A stretch of DNA of 64,000 nucleotides, taken from contig CAXXDV010000001.1 in the NCBI GenBank assembly GCA_963674745.2, forward strand, positions 704,001 to 768,000, written 5' to 3'. A program made the translations under genes and the position numbers. This document shows positions 58,617-64,000 of this stretch, piece after piece (the stretch's first letter is position 1; every line of letters starts with the position of its first letter). The notes under the pieces are model-generated. The model did no database searches and was not told the origin of the DNA. It worked only from the letters and a program-made list of their open reading frames with translations. The stretch is from Desulfosudaceae bacterium. GTDB lineage: Bacteria > Desulfobacterota > Desulfobacteria > Desulfobacterales > Desulfosudaceae.

Positions 58617-60698
58617 TTAGAACCTGGCGCTGGCCCCCACCCGATACATCCGTCCCCGGCCGGGGAAGCCGATTTCCTGTTCATAGTCTTCATCAAAGAC
58701 ATTATCCACTTCCACAAAACAGGTGACAAGGTCTTTAAATGTTCTGGAAATCCGGGTATTCGTAATCAGATAATCATCGGTGGTGGTGGCTTCAAGGTCC
58801 GGATCACCGGTGGTCGGCAGGGTGTCGTACATACTGTTAACGTAAATGGCCTGCAAATCAACATTTACCAGGCAGACGGGAATAACGAACCCGCAGCCGA
58901 CGCCCAGCTTGTGTTCCGGCACGTTGGCCACCCGGCCGGTGGCCCGGTTGTCACTCCGGTTATCAGCGTCATTGAAGGTATAATTGAGGTTGAAGCGGAG
59001 GGTCTCGGACGGCACCACGGCCAGGTTCATTTCCACACCTGCCATGGCGATATCTTCGGTATTGGTGAAAAGTTCTTCCCCGGTGTAATCGTCTTCATAA
59101 TAATCCCGGGAAATCCAGTCGGAAATATCATGGTAAAAAGCAGCCACATCAACCGTTGTGCAGGTCCCGAAGGCTTTTCTGACCCCCAGCGTATAGTTGA
59201 TGGTGGACTCTGAGTCAAGTTCCGGATTGCCACCACTGGAAGAGTAAAGCTGAAACAGGGTCGGGAACCGGGTCTTCCGGGCGATGGATCCATAGAGGGT
59301 GGCGTCCTTGATCAGGCAGTCAAAGCCGATCATGGGGTTGAACTCATCTTTTGTGCCGGGCGTATCGAGCGCGGCCTGGCCAAGCAGAAAGTCATCATCG
59401 TCAAAGACATAATCTTCGGCTTCATCCACCTTGAACCAGTCGTAGCTGACGCCGGCATAAACGGTCAGGATGTCGGTGGGACGGAACTCATGCTCGGTGC
59501 CGACAGAGCCGGTGTAGGAGGCGTAGTCATTGTAGGGCATCCAGGAATCATCCCGGGATTCATGATCGTCTTTTTTGTAGTGCAGGCTGATATGCCCCTT
59601 ATGGTAGTCTGCAGACGAGTAGTCGGTAAACAAAGAAGCGCCCAGGATATTGTCTTTGTAGGTGCTTTTGGCAATGGCGGTTTCCATATCCGGACCGTCA
59701 TAGGAAACATACTCATCCTCGTGATCGTGATAAAATAATTTTCCCCGCAGGGCCAAACCGTCACTGAAGGTATGGCGGCCGCTCAAATCTATGCCCATGT
59801 CATTATAATTTTCAAACCGCGCAAACGTCGAAAAGGCGGGGTTGTCATTTTCCCGGGTGAAAATCCGGTATTCGTTGGTGGCCAGAGGGTGACCTTTTTC
59901 CGTTTGCAGGGTATGAAAACTGATAAAATATTCGGATTGCTCGGTGGGGGTCAGGCCGAACCGGGCCCAGAACTTGTCTTCTTCATAATCCGAGTTCTCC
60001 CGGCGGCCGCCGTCTTCATGGATGCCGTCCAGGTCGGGCATAAATTTTCTGGCGCGAACCGCTGTTTCCGGATCAAAATGATCTGAAAGCGTCCAGCCGT
60101 CGCTTTCCTGACGATTATAACTCAGCCAGTAGTTGAATTTGCCGACCTGATTGCCGTGGGACAGGGAAAGATTATATGTCCTGTCTTCACCCCACTCGCC
60201 CTTGACATGAAAGGTGGGGTCTTCGGTTCCCTGCTGGGTGATAATATTCACTACTGCGATCTGGGCATTGGCGCCGTAAAGGACCGAAGGCGCGTTCTTG
60301 GTAACTTCGATCCTGGAAATAATATCAACCGGGATCTGATCCAGATTCAGTTTACCGTAATAGGTCTCATAAAAAGGAATACCGTCGATCAGAAACAGTG
60401 TCTTTTCCTGGGAAAAGCCATGCACGGAAACCTCGGCTTCGTTTTTTCGCCCCCGGGTCATGGTGATGCCCGGCGCGAACTTCAGGGCTTCGGCCACGGT
60501 CTTGCTGTTATTGGTTTTTATATCTTCTGCGGTAATCACATGGGTGATGGCGATGTCTGAAACGGCGGTCTTCTCACCGGTCACGACAATTTCGCCCAGC
60601 GTATAACCCTTTGTTTCAGAAGTCGATTCAGCAGCCAGGGCAGCGGCTGCCAGAGTCAGACAAACGACCAGGACCATTCCCTGAAGGACATGTTTCAT
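58617..60698 (-). CDS. TonB-dependent receptor
   Basis: Signal peptide, TonB box EIVVTGE, plug (LIDGIP..RIEVTK..SVLYG..VVNIIT), NPEL, VDNVFD..GRMYRVGASARF; GGGGGAG RBS. Confidence 0.95.
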   Translation of the reverse strand: MKHVLQGMVLVVCLTLAAAALAAESTSETKGYTLGEIVVTGEKTAVSDIAITHVITAEDIKTNNSKTVAEALKFAPGITMTRGRKNEAEVSVHGFSQEKTLFLIDGIPFYETYYGKLNLDQIPVDIISRIEVTKNAPSVLYGANAQIAVVNIITQQGTEDPTFHVKGEWGEDRTYNLSLSHGNQVGKFNYWLSYNRQESDGWTLSDHFDPETAVRARKFMPDLDGIHEDGGRRENSDYEEDKFWARFGLTPTEQSEYFISFHTLQTEKGHPLATNEYRIFTRENDNPAFSTFARFENYNDMGIDLSGRHTFSDGLALRGKLFYHDHEDEYVSYDGPDMETAIAKSTYKDNILGASLFTDYSSADYHKGHISLHYKKDDHESRDDSWMPYNDYASYTGSVGTEHEFRPTDILTVYAGVSYDWFKVDEAEDYVFDDDDFLLGQAALDTPGTKDEFNPMIGFDCLIKDATLYGSIARKTRFPTLFQLYSSSGGNPELDSESTINYTLGVRKAFGTCTTVDVAAFYHDISDWISRDYYEDDYTGEELFTNTEDIAMAGVEMNLAVVPSETLRFNLNYTFNDADNRSDNRATGRVANVPEHKLGVGCGFVIPVCLVNVDLQAIYVNSMYDTLPTTGDPDLEATTTDDYLITNTRISRTFKDLVTCFVEVDNVFDEDYEQEIGFPGRGRMYRVGASARF

Positions 60699-60716
60699 TT
60701 ACTCCCCCTTATATTA

Positions 60717-60845
60717 AATTGATATTGTTATTCAAATTTTGAAAATTAGGATTTATCGTTATTAAATGTCAATACAATTTTTATATTTTTAATCAAATGG
60801 GTTTAAAATAACAGAAAATAACCTATATTAACCATATTTTAATAT
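60717..60845. promoter_or_regulatory. Divergent regulatory region: -35 TTGACA, Fur-like palindrome and 10-bp-phased AATAAC repeats
   Basis: TTGATATTgTTATTCAA at 60719-60735; TTGACA (minus) at 60767-60772; AATAAC at 60807 and 60817, ATTAAC at 60827. Confidence 0.5.
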
Positions 60846-60977
60846 AAAGGGGCCAGGGATTCGAGGGGTCAAGGGGTCACATGACGGATGCAGGACTTGT
60901 CTTTCAGCCCGGTTTGCGCTAATAAAACTTAATATCCATGCTGAAAATCGGATACCCCCATCCTGAAAGGGTCACTC

Positions 60978-61922
60978 ATGAAAAAACTGTTATCAACACG
61001 GGAAGTTGCAGAGTACCTGGGCGTCAATGAAAAAATGGTCTATTCTCTGGTTTCGGCAAAAGGCCTGCCCGCCTCAAAGGTCACCGGCAAATGGGTTTTC
61101 CCTTTGCACCTGGTGGATGAATGGATGGAAGCCAACACGCTGAACTATCCCAGCCGTGCCCTTGACAAGGCCTCGGGGCATCCCCGGGTGATTGTCCTGG
61201 CCGGCAGCAACGACATTCTGCTTGAAAAAACCATCGGCCTTTTCAACCGCTCCTTTCAGGACCACCTGGCGGTTTTTGCCAACCTGGGCAGCATGGGCGG
61301 ATTGCGGGCGCTTCGCAGGGACCTGTGCCATATCGCTTCATCACATCTGCTCCAGGAAAACGAAGCGGACTATAATTTTGAATTTGCCAACCGGGAATTC
61401 AACCAGGTGCCGGTCATGGTCAACTTCTGCCGCCGTGAGCAGGGATTTCTGCTGCGATCAGGCAACCCGAAAAAGGTTCAGTCCATTGCAGACATAAAAA
61501 AACCGGGGATTCGGCTGATCAACCGTTCGGTCGAAACGGGTACCCGCCACCTGTTCGACCGGGAAGCGAAAAAGGCGGGGATCGACCCGGAAACCATCGA
61601 GGGCTATCAAAACGAAGCCAACAGCCATATGGAGGTCGGCCTGGAGATAAAATCCGGACGGGCCGATATCGGCCTGGGTATCCGAACGGTAGCCGGCCTT
61701 CTGGGATTGGATTTTATCCCGCTGCGCTGGGAACGGTATGATCTGATGATCGCCAAAGACCGGTTTTTTGATAAACCCGTCCAGTATTTTCTGGGCATCA
61801 TGCAGGAAGCGGAATTCAGGGAAATAGCAAGCTCGCTGGAAGGATACGACGTCTCTACGGCCGGCAAAATCATCTATCCGCAGGAACCCGTGGCATTGGA
61901 TTCGAATTCCCGAAAAAAATGA
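60978..61922 (+). CDS. Excisionase-like HTH plus molybdate/tungstate-binding (PBP-like) regulator, TaoR-like
   Basis: LSTREVAEYLGVNEKMVY..LPASKVTGKWVF; AGSND, GSMGGL, SHLL, RREQG, INR..TGTR, ERYDL. Confidence 0.88.
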   Translation: MKKLLSTREVAEYLGVNEKMVYSLVSAKGLPASKVTGKWVFPLHLVDEWMEANTLNYPSRALDKASGHPRVIVLAGSNDILLEKTIGLFNRSFQDHLAVFANLGSMGGLRALRRDLCHIASSHLLQENEADYNFEFANREFNQVPVMVNFCRREQGFLLRSGNPKKVQSIADIKKPGIRLINRSVETGTRHLFDREAKKAGIDPETIEGYQNEANSHMEVGLEIKSGRADIGLGIRTVAGLLGLDFIPLRWERYDLMIAKDRFFDKPVQYFLGIMQEAEFREIASSLEGYDVSTAGKIIYPQEPVALDSNSRKK

Positions 61923-61988
61923 CAACAAAAAATAATTGGCCCGAATCAAACGGGCTGTCGTGGGCACCACAACCGGCCGGACACATTA

Positions 61989-62243
61989 TCAGTCTGAAAA
62001 AAACGCCCACTTCATAAAAAAATAAAAAACGGCAAAGAGTATGGCGCTGACCACATAGGCAATCCAGTCAACCGGTTTTTTCGCTTTTCCGTCTTTCATG
62101 ATTTTACCCACGCGCCGTCCGCACTGGGTGCATTTTTTTACGTCCAGCGGCAACCGCTCAAGACAATCCGGACACTGCTTATAAGGCCTTGGCAGTTCGG
62201 GCTCTTTTCTTTCTTCTCCCATGACGACTCTCTTTTTACCCAT
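61989..62243 (-). CDS. Small zinc-ribbon protein with C-terminal TM helix
   Basis: CPDC..CTQCG, then a hydrophobic tail. Confidence 0.75.
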   Translation of the reverse strand: MGKKRVVMGEERKEPELPRPYKQCPDCLERLPLDVKKCTQCGRRVGKIMKDGKAKKPVDWIAYVVSAILFAVFYFFMKWAFFSD

Positions 62244-62251
62244 ATTGCCTG

Positions 62252-64000
62252 TTAATTTAAAACACGCTCGTTTTGCGTTATTTCACTTTCCGCTTTCATA
62301 CCTGACAGCCAGGCGGTTAAGGCGTCCTGCTTTTTCAACTGCATTAACTGGTTCATAACATCTTCTTTTACCTCGGAGAAAGCGTCCCCTTCCGGCGGCC
62401 GGCGGTCTTCCAGATAAAGCACATAGTACCCTTTTGACCCATTGATCACTTTATCAGCCAGCCGGTTTTCGGTATTCAGCAAAAAAGCTTCCCGGGAAAG
62501 CCCGGATTCAGTACCGAGATCCGGGACAGGTGCCTGGCGCTTGAAATAATCGGTTGCGATCAGTTCGGCCGATGTTCCTTCGACAGCAGCGTCAATGACC
62601 GAACCTTCCTTAAGTTTTTCCAGGAGATCTTCAGCCGCCTTTTGGGCCGCCTCCTCACGCAGCTCTTCGCTCAAATCCGCCAGCACGGTTTCCCGCACTG
62701 TTTCGAGCCCGGGTACCTCCGGCGCTTTTCGCTGATCTACCTGAAACAGGTAATAATTGTCAGCAATCTGAACCACATCACTGATGTCTCCCTCCACCAG
62801 ATCAAAGGCCTGGCGGACCAGCTCCCCGCCCTGCGGGATTTCTTTTACCGCTTCTGTCCGTGCTAACAACGGCGTCGTTTCCGCCTTCAACTCGAATTTT
62901 TCGGCCGCCTGCTTGACGCTGTCATTGTCTATGGCTGCGTCAAACACACTCATGGCTTGTTCGTAGGCCATGTCCCGGGCCTTTTTCAGCGCCATTGTGT
63001 TTCTGATATCAGCAGCGACGTCGGTCAAAGGTGTCACCGAGGCATCATTGACCTTATCCACCTTGATCACATGCCAACCGAATACCGTTTTGACCGGACG
63101 GCTGATCTCACCGGGCTCCATGGAAAACGCTTTTTCAGCGAATGGCGCCACCAGTTCCCCTTTTTTAAATTTTCCCAGGGCGCCGCCTTTAGACGCACTG
63201 CCCGCGTCCTGGGAATATGCTTTGGCGCACTCGGCAAAATCCCGACCATCGGTGGTGACCATATCATATATCTTCATGGCTTCCGCTTCTTTATCCGAAA
63301 CCGTGGATTCCGGTGCATCTTCCGGCACCTTGATCAGAATATGACTGGCTTCCACCGTTTCTTCAGTACGATAATCATCCTGATGATCTTCATAGTACTG
63401 TGCGACCAGATCCTCATCCACGGATACCCCGGCGGTGTAATCTTCGGGATTAAAGCGGATATAGGTTATCTGCGTTTTTTCCGCGGTTTTATATTTTTCC
63501 TTCTGCTCATCAAAATAGGTTTGGAGTGCCTCGTCCGAAGGATCGACATCCTTGAAATCACCCGGCGAAAAAACCGCTACCTTTATCTTGACCTCGGCAT
63601 TCTCCCATTCATACCAGCGGCGGGCCTCATCTTCAGACACCTTGACGCTGTCATCGATCAACTGTCTCACCTTCTGCGTCAACAAATCCCTTCTCTGCAG
63701 CTGCTCAAAAGATTCCGGGGTCAGGTGGTTTCGCTGCAATATGGAATTATATATCTTGGGCTTGAACTCGCCGTTTATCTGAAAAAATTTCATGTTTCTG
63801 ATCGTGGCCGACAACTCCTCATCAGACACCTGGAACCCGAGTTCGGCCGCTTTCTGCAGCAGCAGCGTTTCCGTAATCAGTTGATCCATGGCCCGTTCTT
63901 TTAATCTCAGCATGTTCAGAATTTCATCATTCAGCTGGTTGCCGAATTGCTGTCTGGCGGAGTCTAAAAGGACAAAGTATCTGTCCTGAAACTGGGTATA
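62252..64000 (-). CDS. ppiD: PpiD-like parvulin peptidyl-prolyl isomerase (5' end beyond the window)
   Basis: SurA-N-like region (A..LGFQVSDEEL), ASHILI, YSQDAGSASKGGALG, PVKTVFGWHVIKV. Confidence 0.85.
   Translation of the reverse strand, partial: YTQFQDRYFVLLDSARQQFGNQLNDEILNMLRLKERAMDQLITETLLLQKAAELGFQVSDEELSATIRNMKFFQINGEFKPKIYNSILQRNHLTPESFEQLQRRDLLTQKVRQLIDDSVKVSEDEARRWYEWENAEVKIKVAVFSPGDFKDVDPSDEALQTYFDEQKEKYKTAEKTQITYIRFNPEDYTAGVSVDEDLVAQYYEDHQDDYRTEETVEASHILIKVPEDAPESTVSDKEAEAMKIYDMVTTDGRDFAECAKAYSQDAGSASKGGALGKFKKGELVAPFAEKAFSMEPGEISRPVKTVFGWHVIKVDKVNDASVTPLTDVAADIRNTMALKKARDMAYEQAMSVFDAAIDNDSVKQAAEKFELKAETTPLLARTEAVKEIPQGGELVRQAFDLVEGDISDVVQIADNYYLFQVDQRKAPEVPGLETVRETVLADLSEELREEAAQKAAEDLLEKLKEGSVIDAAVEGTSAELIATDYFKRQAPVPDLGTESGLSREAFLLNTENRLADKVINGSKGYYVLYLEDRRPPEGDAFSEVKEDVMNQLMQLKKQDALTAWLSGMKAESEITQNERVLN

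Noticed and set aside
60699..60977. Cobalamin or Moco/Wco riboswitch upstream of the TonB-dependent receptor
   Set aside because: The leader is short and AT-rich with the -35 about 70 nt from the ATG; there is no room or recognisable core for these aptamers.
53390..61990. Uptake operon as an island integrated at tRNA-Pro (9-bp gap)
   Set aside because: No duplicated tRNA 3' end near 61930-61990, no integrase, and base composition looks like the backbone.

Overview
64 kb of chromosome from a sulfate-reducing deltaproteobacterium (Desulfobacterales-like, inferred from the complete dsrT-dsrMKJOP cluster). Most of the window is housekeeping: partial cobQ, alaC-hom-thrH, purM, tsaD, nagZ, a purF lacking its catalytic Cys, an enlarged glmS-like gene, metG, holB, IHF/HU, lptD, hisD, serC, partial ppiD, tRNA-fMet and tRNA-Pro. 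There are also two repeat-rich secreted proteins and at least 12 copies of a GTAG-type REP hairpin. The best candidate for an undescribed system is 53476-61922: TonB-dependent receptor, CcsA-like (WWD) protein, ResB-like protein, type II ABC importer and P-loop NTPase, divergent from an excisionase-HTH/molybdate-tungstate-binding regulator. The CcsBA-like pair appears to keep the transmembrane haem histidines but to lack the periplasmic ones, suggesting it was repurposed for uptake of a tetrapyrrole or metal chelate. Other leads are an unannotated 42-aa ORF ending C-K-S-TGA with a SECIS-like hairpin after purM, and an AT-rich cassette (45652-47340) bracketed by four palindromic repeat types, with a gene split at a G9-A-T8 tract. 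All calls were made by reading motifs; no database searches were run.
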